A DNA stretch of 64,000 nucleotides, taken from positions 147,624,001 to 147,688,000 of the forward strand of contig NC_086097.1 of the NCBI RefSeq assembly GCF_963921235.1. The letters run 5' to 3'. The notes beneath the pieces are model-generated. The model saw nothing but the letters and a program-made list of their open reading frames with translations. It did no database searches and was not told the origin of the DNA. Of this stretch, positions 36,059 to 48,404 are shown piece by piece. The position numbers and the translations under genes were made by a program. Within the stretch, counting starts at the first letter, position 1. Every line of letters begins with the position of its first letter. The stretch is from Mobula hypostoma. Lineage: Eukaryota.

Positions 36059-36294
36059 ACAAACGAGAAAATCTGCAGATGCTGGAAATCTGAGCAACAC
36101 ACACAAAATGCTGGAGGAACTCAGCAGGCCAGGCAGCATCTTTGGGGAAAAAAAGTACATTCAACGTTTCGGGCCGAAGGCCTTTGGCAGGACTGAAGGG
36201 TTCCAAAGGGTTTCAGCCTGAAACGTCGACTGTACTTTTTCCCATAGATGCTGCCTGGCCTGCTGAGTTCCTCCAGCATTTTGTGTGTGTTGCT
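36059..36294. mobile_element. Miniature fold-back PLE derivative in RHPN1 intron 1
   Basis: Two PLE termini in inverted orientation; 36093-36141 is the exact reverse complement of 36246-36294. Confidence 0.9.
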
Positions 36295-37083
36295 AAGAAA
36301 CAAATGGAGTAGCAAATCAGGATGTAAATGAGTGAAAATTTTAACCCAGTTCAATTTCCTATATGTTGTATGTCTACAATTTAAAAATTGCTCAGTTGGG
36401 TACATGTACTTGTTGGCACAGGCTAATAAAGATTATGCTTCTCAGCCCTTAGAAGACTGAGGAAGATTCTGTAGTGCATGAGGCATCATGACTCAGTAGA
36501 TAGGCTTATGTTTGCATAGGCATCCAGGAGTTAGTGGGGGGTTAAGAGTCGTTGTTAAAGATTTGTCATGTAAAATGTTTTGTCATTCAGCAATGGCAGG
36601 GGCCTTGTGATTTTTTTTTAAAGAGTTATGGGAGAATCAGTGTAATAGTAGAAACTATGGGTCTAAAGGAAAAGAATAATTTAGCTTTGGATTGCTTTAG
36701 CAAAAAACATTTTTTTCATGAAGATTTCATAAATCTCTTTAATAAATTGATTAAAAAATACTACTTGTAACAATGAAAATAAATAATGCTCAATATCCCT
36801 CTTGATTCTTGTCAAATGTTCTGTTCATGCTATTTGAGGAAAAGCGGCAATAGGAAGTGGATGGCGTATTTTTGCTTTACAAAGTGAGTTGTTTTGATCA
36901 AGAATGCAGTGGCTGAAATCTTAGGTAAAGCAAAATCTTTAGTTTTCACAAGATAAGTGGATTTTTTTAAAATTAAAAAACAAGGATGGGACAAGTGGAA
37001 AGGCTCTTGGGATCTGATGAGCAAAATGGGCTGAATGGTCTTTTTCTAAGATTCAATGAATGTTTATACGAATTTGGTTATAG

Positions 37084-37199
37084 GGATGTGATCCCTTCGC
37101 TCAGACTCAGCGGAGCAAGCTACAAAACCGCCGAGCCCGGATTAACCAGCAGATTAATAAGGAGATGCGAATGCGAGCTGGGGCTGAAAATCTATTTCG
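37084..37199 (+). CDS. RHPN1: Rhophilin-1 coding exon 2 ([39 protein letters not shown]), first half of HR1 domain
   Basis: TTATAG acceptor, CG|GTGAGT donor, 116 nt, open frame. The peptide is a recognisable rhophilin HR1 segment. Not present in the ORF track in this frame. Confidence 0.95.
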
Positions 37200-37573
37200 G
37201 TGAGTGTTGGGCAAGATTAACCTAACATGGGTTGTTATGAAGACTTGATCATCTGAGCATTAGTGCATCTTTATCTGTTTAACAAACCCTTTTCTAAACA
37301 GTATAATCTTGATGTGCACAGTATAAAGGGGAAATTGGCATGTTGTAAAACATGTTGCACATTTCACAATTATCATTAGGTACAAAGTATCACAATTTCT
37401 TTTGACTGATTTGGAAGAACAACTGATGCCAGGAATACTTAAGTCTGGAGTTACACCGAGCAGTTTAAGGAACACATTCATATCCCTTTCAAATCCATTT
37501 GCTCACTGCATATGTTAGCAATTTTTACTCTTGAAGTACTCTTGAAGTCAGAAAACATTATCTTAACAGCTAC

Positions 37574-37649
37574 ACACATCAAAGTTGCTGGTGAACGCAG
37601 CAGGCCAGGCAGCATCTCTAGGAAAAGGTACAGTTGACGTTTCAGGCTA
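37574..37649 (-). mobile_element. 76-bp PLE terminal insertion in RHPN1 intron 2
   Basis: 14-bp TSD ATCTTAACAGCTAC (37560-37573, 37650-37663). Confidence 0.88.
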
Positions 37650-38289
37650 ATCTTAACAGCTACCTAGTTCTGTGCTTGCGTAACAAACATGTATCCTCTT
37701 AAACAAAAAAAAACCTGAAATATATAAGTTATCCACATGGATGCAAATCTTATTTTTCCATTAAACAAGCGATTTTAGGGCATTGACTGAAGAAGGCCAG
37801 TGTGCTAAATGCCGCCTTCTCCACCCTGTCTATCTTTGGTGCTATCCTAGCATTAGTAGTGTTAAGTTGTACTTTGGTTTAACTTTCCAAAATGTTACAC
37901 GCTGCCCCAGACACTTGATGGTTAACTCTTAGCAGCCTCCCATTTGCCACTTGTTCCTTTCTCTTCATGCAGGTTCTTCCATTAGACCTCCACTAGATCC
38001 TGCTTAACTTCCTACACAATTAGCCCTGCTTCAGTTTAGGACTCTAACCTGTTGACCTCTCCTGTCTTTTTCCATCACTATCTTAAAACAGATAAAATTA
38101 TGGTCACTAGAGCTGAAGTGCTTCCTGGCTGCTACCTCAGTTACTTGCTCTGCCATTTTCCCCAAGTATATTGACTTTCCTGGACACATTTTACAAATTC
38201 CACCCCAACCAAACACTTCACTCTCTGTTTAGCCCAATCAATAGTGAGGGCATTCAAAATCTCCCACTAAGGTGGCACCAGTAAGTGGT

Positions 38290-41200
38290 GACTATGTGTA
38301 GCTCCAATGAGAATCATCAAATATTACAGTTTAGGACTACTATAGCTGCAGCCCACAGTGACAGCCAGGGGTACTTCAGTAAGCAACATCATTTTAGGAC
38401 ATCTAAAAAAACTCTATTGATTCTCGAAATTGGTGGACCCTGGACTACAAACTCAGTTCGCAAGTGCAGTTTCCCTTTAAGAAAAAAAGAGGTGTGGAAG
38501 GCAAGCCAGTCTATAAAGCCCTTAAATCCCCAATCCTGACTACCCTACTGGCAAATGTACAGTCTGTGAAAAATAAATTTGAAGACCTCAGAGCAAGATT
38601 ACAGTATCAGAGGGACATCAGAAACTGCAGTATACTTGGCTTCATGGAAACATGGCTCACCCCCACTATTTTGGATGCCATACTGCAGCCTGAGGGCTTC
38701 ACTATTCACTGAAAAGATAGGACAACTGAGTCTCTGAAAGGCAGAGAAAGTGGAGTGGTGCACATATACAGTGGCTCTCTCTCATTTCTGCTCACCCAAC
38801 CTAAAACATCTGGTGGTAAAGTATAATCCACTTTATCTGCTGGGAGAGATTTCTGCCATCATCCTGGTAGCAGTGTACATTCCACCTCTGGCCAACATCA
38901 GGCAGGTACTGGAGAAGCTGAGCACCATGAGCAGCAGTTATGAGACAGTGTATCCTTGTGTATTCCCTGTCATTGCAGGGGATTTCAAGCAGGTCGGTTT
39001 GAAGAATTCTCTGAACAACCACCATATCACCTGTGGAACCAGAGGAACCAACACACTTGACCACTGTTATACCACCATCAAGGATACTTACTGTGCCATC
39101 CCATGCCCATACTTTGGAAGAATTGATCAACTGGTTGTACTCTACTCCTGGCATATAGGCAGAGACCAAAGACCGCAGCACCAGTAGTGAGGGCCAAGAA
39201 GGTACTGTATGGTCAAGGGAGGTGGTGGGGCGTTTACAGGCTGCTTTGAGAAGGTGTTCTGGATCATATTCAGGGATTCATCTTCAAATTTGAATGAATA
39301 CACTACAGTTGCCTCAGACTTCATCAAGACCTGTGTGGATAAGTGTCTGCCTTCAAGAACATAGCAGACATGCCCAAACCAAAATCTGTGGATAAAATAG
39401 GAAATTAATAGTCTGCTAAGGGCTAGATCTGTGGCATTCAAGACCAATAATCCAGAACTATACAAGAAGTCCAGGTACAGTTTATGGAAGTCTATTTTAA
39501 GGGAGAAAGAACATTCCTGATTGAAGTTAGAAACAGAATCAGATGCATGTCACCATTTCCTACAAAGCAAAACTTAACATCATGAATGGCTGTGATGCTT
39601 CACTTCCATATGAGCTCAACATCTTTTATGGATGCTTTGAAAGGGAGAATAACACTACATCTTTGCAAATCCCTGCGGCCTCTAGTGACTCTGTGATCTC
39701 TTGTCTCGGAGGCAGATATCAGAACTTCTTTCAAGAGGTTGAACCCTCGCAAGGCATTTGGCCCTTCTGGTGTGTGTACCTGATAGGGCATTGAAAACTT
39801 GTGGCAACCAACTGGCAGGAGTGTACGTGGACAACTTCAATCTCTGCTGCAGTTGGAGATTCTCACCTACTTCAAAAGGGTGATAATAATATGAGCTGTC
39901 ACCCAGTTTCACTTGTATATCTACTGTGATGAAGTGCTTTGAGAGGTTGGTCATGGTCATGGTCAGGGTCAGAATCAACTCCTGCCTATGCAAGGACCTG
40001 GACCCACTCAAATTTGGCTGCTGCCGTGATACATCTACGGCAGATGCAATCTCACTGGGTCTCCATTCACCCCTGGACAATAGTTTCAATAGGTTTCAAA
40101 GGTACATTTAATGTCAGAGAAATGTATACAATATACATCCTGAAATTCTTTTTCTTCGCAAACATCCACGAAAAACAGAGGAGTACCCCAAAGAATAAAT
40201 GACAGTTAAATATTAGAACCCTAAAGTGCCCCCCCCTAGCTCCCCACCCCCCACGGATAAGCAGCAGCAAAGCAACGATCCCCCTCCCCCACCAGCAAAA
40301 AAGCATCAGCACTCACCACCGAGCACTCAAATGTGCAGCAAAGCATCAATAAAGACCCACTTGCAGTACCCCAAAGGCTACTCGTTCACCTGGTAGATTG
40401 ACATACCACAGGTGCTCTCTCTCTCCCTAATAAGGGAAAAAGGAGGTGTCTCTATTTCACAGTGAGAGGGGAGACATAACAAAACAACTCACTGATTTAT
40501 GGTGTTAAAAGTCTGTTGAGTTGCTTCTTCTGAGCTCTGTGCCCAAAGAACTCCAGTCTCTGGGCACACAGCCAGCTCGCAGCTTTCGATCTTCCATCTC
40601 CCACAACACACCCGTTTTCTGCGGCGGTACCTACCTTGAGTCCACCCGCCTCCAGGGCCACGAAATCCTGGAAACCCGAAGGCATACTGGTCTTCTAGGC
40701 TGCGTCCCTAGCATATCGAATAGCAGTCAGTCGTGAGGCCCTGAGAGCAAGTCCCATTTCCGCAAAGAACTGAAGTCAGCATGTAACTCCAGGTCAGGGT
40801 CTTCGAAAGAACCCTGCAAAGGGAGAAGTAGAGACATGAAAGATAGAAGTAGAGCTGTTTCCAAAGATGCAAGCAAAGGAGTCGCGGATAGGCGCCATCG
40901 TCCTCCTACGTCAGGCGGGTACTTATTGATTACAGCTCAGTGTTTGACACAGTCATACCTTCAGTTCCAAAACCTGGACCGCTACCACCTCCTGCAACTG
41001 GATCCTTGATTTCCTCACTGGGAGACCACAGTCAGTGTGGATCAGAAATAATATCTCTTCCTCACTGATAATCAACACTGGCACAACTCAAGGATCAGTG
41101 CTGAGCCCACTGCATTACGCTCCCTACACCTATGACTGTGGCTCAGCGCAGCTCAAACACCATCTATAAAATTGCCAATGACACAACTATTATTGGCAGA

Positions 41201-41830
41201 ATTTGAGATGATGGTGAGGAGGCATATAGGAATGAGATAGATCAACTGGTTGAGTGGTGTCATAACAACAACCTTGCACTCAACGTCAGTAAGACCAAGG
41301 AATTGATTCAGGAAGTGGAAGTCATGGAAAATGGAAAAAGATGAGCGAGCAGTTTCAAGTTCCTGGGTGTCAGCATCTCTGGAGATCTATCCTGGGCCCA
41401 ACATATTGATGCAATTGCAAAGATAGCACAACAGTGGCTATATTTCATTAGGAGTTTGAGGAGACTTGGTATGTTATCGAAGACTATTCGCAAATTTCTA
41501 CAGATACGCTGTGGAGAGCATTCCAACTGGTTGCATCAGTCTGGTATGGAGAAGCCACTGCACAAGATCAGAAAAAGCTGCACAAAGTTGTAAACTGAGT
41601 CATCTCCATCACGGGCTTTAGGCTTCCCAGCATCGAGGATACCTTCAAAAGGTGATGCCTCAAAAAGGCAACATCCATCATTAAGGACCCTCATTATCCA
41701 GAACATGCCTTCCTGTCGTTGCAGCTATCAAGGAGGAGGTACTAGAGCCCAAAGACGCTCAACATTTCAGGAGCAGCTTCTTCCCCTCTGGTGTCAGATT
41801 TCTGAATGGACAATGAGCCCATGTACACTG
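38290..41830 (+). mobile_element. Near full-length decayed Rex1/Babar-like LINE (tail at about 42800-42903)
   Basis: APE endonuclease motifs LLANVQS, GFMETWL, VAVYIPP, IAGDF, TRGTNTLDHCY; MKCFERLV and RT remnants. Confidence 0.87.
40083..40910 (-). mobile_element. Unclassified non-coding retroposon nested in the Rex1-like LINE
   Basis: Interrupts the RT region; short tandem tail at 40083-40100; GATGGCGCC-type 5' end near 40900. Confidence 0.6.
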
Positions 41831-42189
41831 CCCCACCAGGTTTCACCTATAACTTTGTGTTTCTCTCTTCCGCTGCCAATGTCACCCCCCCCCACTCTTC
41901 AATTTACTCCTCAGCTTTTTTATTCTAGTCCTGCTGAAGGGTTTCAGCCCGAAATGTCAACCATACTTGTTTCCTAGATGCTGTTTGGCCTACTGAGTTC
42001 TTCCAGCATTTTGTGTGTTGAATGAAAAGCAGAACTGGTGGCTCAATATTTCAGATGTAACAGAGATGCAAGTAAGTGAAGAGGGGCTGGTTCCTTCTTG
42101 ATATGGGAGAATATAACAGTAGTTCTCAGAGGAAACATCCTTTGAGGAATGTTCAGTGAGGCCACTTTTTTTTGTGCTCTCCTTCTACA

Positions 42190-42795
42190 TTATGAAGAAA
42201 CGCAGAACTCTTTTTATTGTCATTTAGTAATGCATGCATTAAGAAATGATACAATATTTCCTCTGGTGTGATATCACAAAACACAGGACAGACCAAGACT
42301 GGGAAAAAAACTAACAAAACCACATAATTATAACATATAGTTACAACAGTGCAACAATACCATAACTTGATGAAGAACAGGCCATGAGCACAGTAAAAGT
42401 TCAATGTCCCACATTTCACGCAGACGGAGAGAAGGAATAAAAACTCTCCCTACCATACCTGACCACGGTCCGACTCTGAGTCATCCGAAAACTTCGAGCT
42501 CTGATCAGCTGTCCGACACCGAGTACTGAGCACCATCTCTTTCCGAACGATTTGACCTCCTTCTCAGTCGCCAACAGCAGGCAAAGCCGGGGATTTTGAG
42601 GTCTTCCCTCCGAAAGATTCCCGACCATGCAGTAACGACAGTAGCAAATGAGCGTTTCAGAAATTTTTCCAGATGTTCCTCTGTGCTTTCACGTCCATCT
42701 CCATCAAATCAGAATTGTCCACGGCCCCTGTTTAACAAATACGATATCATTTTTCATCGGAGGGCTGCGCACGCGCGGCGTGCTGCTTCTCTCTC
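42190..42795 (-). mobile_element. Second, longer copy of the 12723-13266 retroposon
   Basis: Reverse-complement match over about 530 bp, plus an extra CpG-rich 5' end. Confidence 0.75.
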
Positions 42796-43179
42796 CAACA
42801 CCAGCAACTTATTTAACTTTTGTTATTGTAATTTATAGCTTTTTGCCACAAAACAACAATCTTCACTGTGCATACCAGTGATATTAAACCTGATCCTGAT
42901 TCTAGTACAATCCTATTATTCTTACAACTATGAGCAATTTCTCTGTATACTTGCTCCTCAAATTCCACTGAATATTGGGGGATCTATAATATAGCCCCAG
43001 GAGTGTGACGATTTCCTTGTTCCTAAGTTCTACCCATGAGGCCTCATTGAACATTCCTCAGAGGATGTTTCCTCTGAGAACTACTGTTATGTTCCCCCAT
43101 ATCAAAAAGGAAACAGCCCCTCCTCGCTCGTATCTCTGTTACATCTGAAATATTGAGCTGCCAGTTCTGCCTTTCATTC

Positions 43180-43915
43180 AACACACACAAACTGCTGGAG
43201 GAACTCAGTAGGCCAGACAGCATCTAGGAAATGAGTATAGTCGACGTTTTGGGCTGAAACCCTTTGGCAGGACTGGAACAAAAAAAGCTGAGGAGTAGAT
43301 TTAAAAGGGGGGGATTGGCAGGGGAAGAGAGAAACACAAGGTGATAGGTGAAACCTGAAGGGGGAGGGAATGAAGTAAAGAGCTGGGAAGTAAATTGGTG
43401 AAAGAGACAGAAGGCCATGGAAGAAAGAAGAGGGGGGAGGAGTGCTAGAGGGAGTCGATGGGGGGGCAAGGAGATGAGGTGAGAGAGGGAAAAGGGGATG
43501 GGGAATGGTGAGGGGGGGGCATTACCAGAAGTTCGAGAAATTGATGTTCATGCCATCAGGTTGGAGGCTACCCAAACAGAATATAAGGTGTTGTTGCTCC
43601 AACCTAAGTGTAGCCTTATCACGACAGTGGACGAGGCCATGGATAGAAATATTGGAAAGGAATGGGAAGTGGAATTAAAATTGTTGGCCTCTAGGTGATC
43701 CTACTTTTTCTGGCGGATGGAGCATAGTTGTTTGGCGAAGCGATCTCCTAATCTACGTCAGGTCTCACCGATATATGTGAAGCCACCCCGGAAGCACTGG
43801 ACACAGTATATGACCCCAACAGACTCACAGGTGAAGTGTCGTCTTGCCTGGAAGGATTGTTTAGGGCCCTGAATGGTAGTGAGGGAGGAGTAGTAGGGGC
43901 AGGTCTAGAACTTGT
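43180..43915 (-). mobile_element. Penelope-like 3' fragment (inverted partial copy at about 41835-42020)
   Basis: GIY-YIG region, 3' UTR and degenerate hammerhead terminus. Confidence 0.88.
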
Positions 43916-44399
43916 GAGCAAATTTTGGTTTCTTTGTGCAAGCTATTTTGAAGAAGCTACTAAATTGTAAAAGCTTGACCCTTGTGGCACTACATTCATT
44001 TCATCATGCCGAACTGAATAAGGTCCCCACTGGTGCCTGTTCTGTGTCATGGAATTCCTGACCCACTGTTTATTTGCCAAGTTGGATAAGACCGAGAACT
44101 TGTGAATTGGGGCATTTATTTGTTCCATGTTGGATAATAAAAAAGGATCTTTTAGCTTTACTTCTGATAACTTGACATTGCCTCAGTACTGTAACGAGTT
44201 GCAGTCTAAATTTTTGTTTATCATGAGCTTCTGCTTAGATGCAAGAATATCATCAACTTCACGTTGGATTGAAGCCCTTGAACTGCAGTGGTCCTTAGTA
44301 TTGTTCTTTAGATTTACAAATGGAAAATATCGGTATAATTATTATATTCTTACTTTGTCCTCAGTTTTTAATAACTTTAAATTTCTGATAATGTTGTAG

Positions 44400-44528
44400 A
44401 GCTACAACAAACAACAAGGTGAAGGAGACCGTGGCTCTGGAACTGAGTTTTGTGAACTCCAACCTGCAGCTCCTGAAGGAGGAACTAGAGGAACTGAACA
44501 GCTCAGTGGAGATTTATCAGAATGAGAA
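44400..44528 (+). CDS. RHPN1: Rhophilin-1 coding exon 3 ([42 protein letters not shown])
   Basis: TTGTAG acceptor; phase 2 is compatible with exon 2 (CG+A = Arg); AA|GTAATT donor; 129 nt. ETVALELS and [13 protein letters not shown] fit RHPN1 better than RHPN2 (EQVRLELS, SDLQMLKEELEGL) as I recall those proteins. Confidence 0.95.
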
Positions 44529-44749
44529 GTAATTTGTTCATGCTTATCTTTTATATCATTAATACTTGCCCAGGAAATTTTATTTAATTTGCCACATGAA
44601 AACACAGGCTGTCATGTAAAATAGTTCCAAAACACTGTCAAAAAAAATCTGCCACTTCCTCATTCTACTGGAGGCATAGGTTCAATTCTGGCCACTGATG
44701 ATGTCCGTGTGGAGTTCGCACATTCTCCTTATGACCATGAGGGTAGTGG

Positions 44750-45860
44750 GTTTTAATAAGTTTCAGATGACACAAAGATTGGTGGTATTGTGGACAGGGT
44801 AAAAGGTTGCCAAAGGTTACAGTGGGATGTAGATCAGTTACAAATATGGGCAGACAGTTTCATCTGAGCAAGTGTAAGGTGTACACTGTGGGAGGTCCAC
44901 ACTGTGTAAGGACAATTATGCACTTAACAGCAAGTCATTTAACAGCATTGATATATAAAGGGACAGAGTTTGAGTCCATAGATCCCTGAGGTGACCATGA
45001 ATGCAGGTCGTGGTAAAGAAAGTACATAGTATGTTTGCCTGCATTGGCCTGGCTTTTGAATAGAAGAATAAGGAAGTCATGTTGCAGCTATGTAACACTT
45101 TGGTGAGGCTGCATCTTGAGAATTGTGTGCAATTCTGTTCACTCCATTACAAGATGTAGAAGCTTTGGAAAAGTGCAACGGTAGTGTAACAGTGTGATGC
45201 TATTACAGCCTGGGGCATCTGAATTCATTTCCAGTGTCATCTGTACATCCTCCCTGTGGAATGCGTTTGTTTTCTCAGGTTTCCTCCCACAGTCCGACGA
45301 TGTACCGGTTAGTTGGTTAATTGGTCATTGAAAATAGATTTGCGATTAGGCTGGTTATTGTAAATTGATTTGTGATTAGGCTGGGGTTAGTCAGCAGGTT
45401 GACGGGCACTGTGACTCAAAGGGCCAGAAGGGCCTATTCAGCACTGTTTCTCAAATGCATGCATACGTACATACATATATTCCTGAAAGGTTTATAGGGT
45501 TCTGCCTGGATTAAAGGGTGTGAGCAAAAGGGAGAGGTTGGACAAACTTGCATTGTCTTCTCAGGAACATCACTGGTTGAGGGGAGACCTGACATATCTT
45601 TATAAAATTTGAAAGGCATAGATGGGGTAGACAGAAGATCTTTTTCCCAGGGTAGAAAGGTTAAATGCTAGATGACATGTAATTTTAAAATAAAGGGGTA
45701 GTTTAAAGGCAGTGTGCAGAGCACATGTCTTTTTATACAGAGTGGTGGATATCTAGTAAAGGCTGCCGGGGTAGTGGTGAAAGCAAATTCAATAGTGGCA
45801 TTTAAGAGGTGTTTGGATAGACACATGGAAATGCAAGGTATGGAGGAAATTTGTTTAATA
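44750..45860 (+). mobile_element. Decayed CR1 3' fragment interrupted by a SINE
   Basis: DDTKIGG and LVRLHLENCVQF remnants; the CR1 resumes near 45480. Confidence 0.75.
45177..45456 (+). mobile_element. tRNA-derived V-SINE-like element
   Basis: A/B-box-like head, GGTTTCCTCCCACAGTCC central motif and CR1-like tail GGGCCAGAAGGGCCT. Confidence 0.6.
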
Positions 45861-48404
45861 TGTGTTTGGTACAAATATTATGGACTGGAGAGGCATTTTC
45901 TGTGCTGCTTCTCACTGTCTTCATGACACTTCAATTTGTGTCTTATTTATTTACTATCTGTTTTACCTGTTTTAAATTTAAATGAAATTTTCATATTAAG
46001 AGATTTATTTACGTTTGTGTCTATAGGATAATGACATAACTAGTGAGGCAATTTAAAAAAATATGTAATGGACCCTAGAGAAAGGTAGAAGACTTTAGTT
46101 TCATTTCTTTCCCTTTTTCAAAATAGTTTCTTATATTTTCCTTAACAGTTTAATGGTTTCTCCTAGCTGTAAGAAAGGCACATGTAACAAACTGAAGTGC
46201 AGAACTATTAAAAAAAGCCTTCTTTGTAGTATTTCCATTGTACCACAGAGATCATATTATGGCAATTGAAATCCTGTAAATGGTTCTAACAGAAAAATTA
46301 TTGACAACAAATGTAGTCTATTTCTTTGCAGAGGTCTGGGAATTGGTATGCCTTTACTTCACTAAGTTCTTAATCTCAGCAATAAAATTCAATATAACAT
46401 CAATATTTCAAAATGATGGAACCCTTTTCCTTATGTCACATTTGCATGGCATCTTTGGTGTAAATTTCATGTTATCTTGACATGCTTTGTACTGAATAAA
46501 GAATATTTGTTACATAGTTATTTTAATGTAGAAACTCCAATAGTCCATTTGAGCCCAACTGTCTCCCACAATTAGCCATTTCATAATCACCAAATAATCC
46601 GATTTGTGATGTTGATTGAGAACTAAATTAAATATAGGGCAGAGATGGCGAGCAATTCTGTTCTGCCATGGGAGTGGTGCCTATCTGAGAAGGATTAAAT
46701 TGTAAGCATGACAATAATGACAAAATGATTTCCCAATTTCTTTAATTATGATTACAAGGTGTATATCCACATGATAGTATCTGAAAAGTATGCAGTGTAC
46801 AGCAACCATTTGTATTTATGTATACCTGGATCATGTTGCACAATCTATTCACTATATATTTGAAAGAAAATTTAAAACTAATTCCTTTATCCACTCTGTA
46901 CCCCACCCTCAAACAACTGCCACTCCTAACCCTCGTAAATCTGACAATTGACCTTCAACTCCCCTACTTAAAGCTTCTGTGTGATCCCTGACTCAACCAC
47001 ATACCCCTCTATGTCCCCAAACATTAATGGGACTCGTCCCTAAGAACTGCCATTGAATCTAGGCCCAGCTCTGGTCTTCTCGTATTTCTTACATTCTCTC
47101 TGGAATTGTAAAGGTCATGAACAAGAGGTCTTCATATCCAGAGCTTGTTCAGTGAAGCAGATCACAATGAAGTTTCTTAATGGTGGGCTCTAAATCAGAA
47201 TGTTGATGACCCGCCATGAATTAAAGATGCCTTTAGAGGTGTGAATAAAACAAACACTGTAAAAACTCAGCCACTAGACAAGCATCCATGGAAATAAAAA
47301 AAGAGTTGAGATTCAATCTAAAAGTTAACTGGTTTCTCTTTCCACAGTTGCCATATCTTTGGGTCGTTTCTTTCTTTAGTTTCTAACACCTGCAGTTTTA
47401 TTTGCTTTCCTTTAGAGGTGTGGAGTGTTTTTTTTAAAACAGAGGCTTTAAACTTGTAAGAGTCCAAAGTGCTTCTTTGGGGCACTTCCAAAGACCATTA
47501 GACGTGAAATTTCATTAAATACATTAGCTGACAAAAACCTTTATCAAAAAGAATTTTAAGAGTGTTTTAAAAGATGGATGATGATAGGTGGAATTAAACT
47601 AGATGAGAGTTGTTGGAAGCAAGGTCTTACCTCTTTTACAGAGAGTGGAACTTGAGAGCAGAGCAGGATTGTCACAGTGCAGAGAAATTCTAAACAATGA
47701 TCTTGATTTGTTAATTTGGTTAAATAGAAAAGTACGTACACTTTAGCATCTCTCAAGTTTATGACTTTGGGTTTATGACACTGATTTATCCCTTTATATT
47801 GCTACAGCTAGTAATTGAGCATAATTGCAGTGAGAAATTTGTGACTCACCATAGAATACATAATAGGGCACTATCATGTAGAAGCATAAATTATGGTGCA
47901 TTTTATAATAAATAGAATTTGCTGCAATTCTGATGTTTATTAAATTTGTGAGCATATTATCTTCTGCTTTTCTAGGACTACCTTGCAAGCTCTTCTAAAA
48001 TTTATTATCTGTTCTTTTCTTTATGAAGACAGCTGATGACTTATCCTTATTCTGTAGGCATGTATAATGCTGAGCCCATTATTAACTACTTTGGTAATTA
48101 TGGTGACCACCTGCCCCTATTTACTAGTTATTCCTGACTGACTGTGTCCAGACTTGTACTGTATCTGCTGTTATTTTTAGGGCTATTTTTGGATTAAGAC
48201 ATGTAGCAAATAACTTAAGCAACCTGACTTCAGCCACTAATCTTCAGATCTGGACATGGACTGTAGATTAAATTTAAAATGCAGCTTTGGACAATGGGAT
48301 CTTAGAGCTGTGAAAACAGTGGTTGATTAAAGAACCAGACAGTGTTGATTAACATTGTTTGGAGTGTGGTTGCAAAGAGGGGATGTGAGAGTAAGACCAT
48401 AGAC

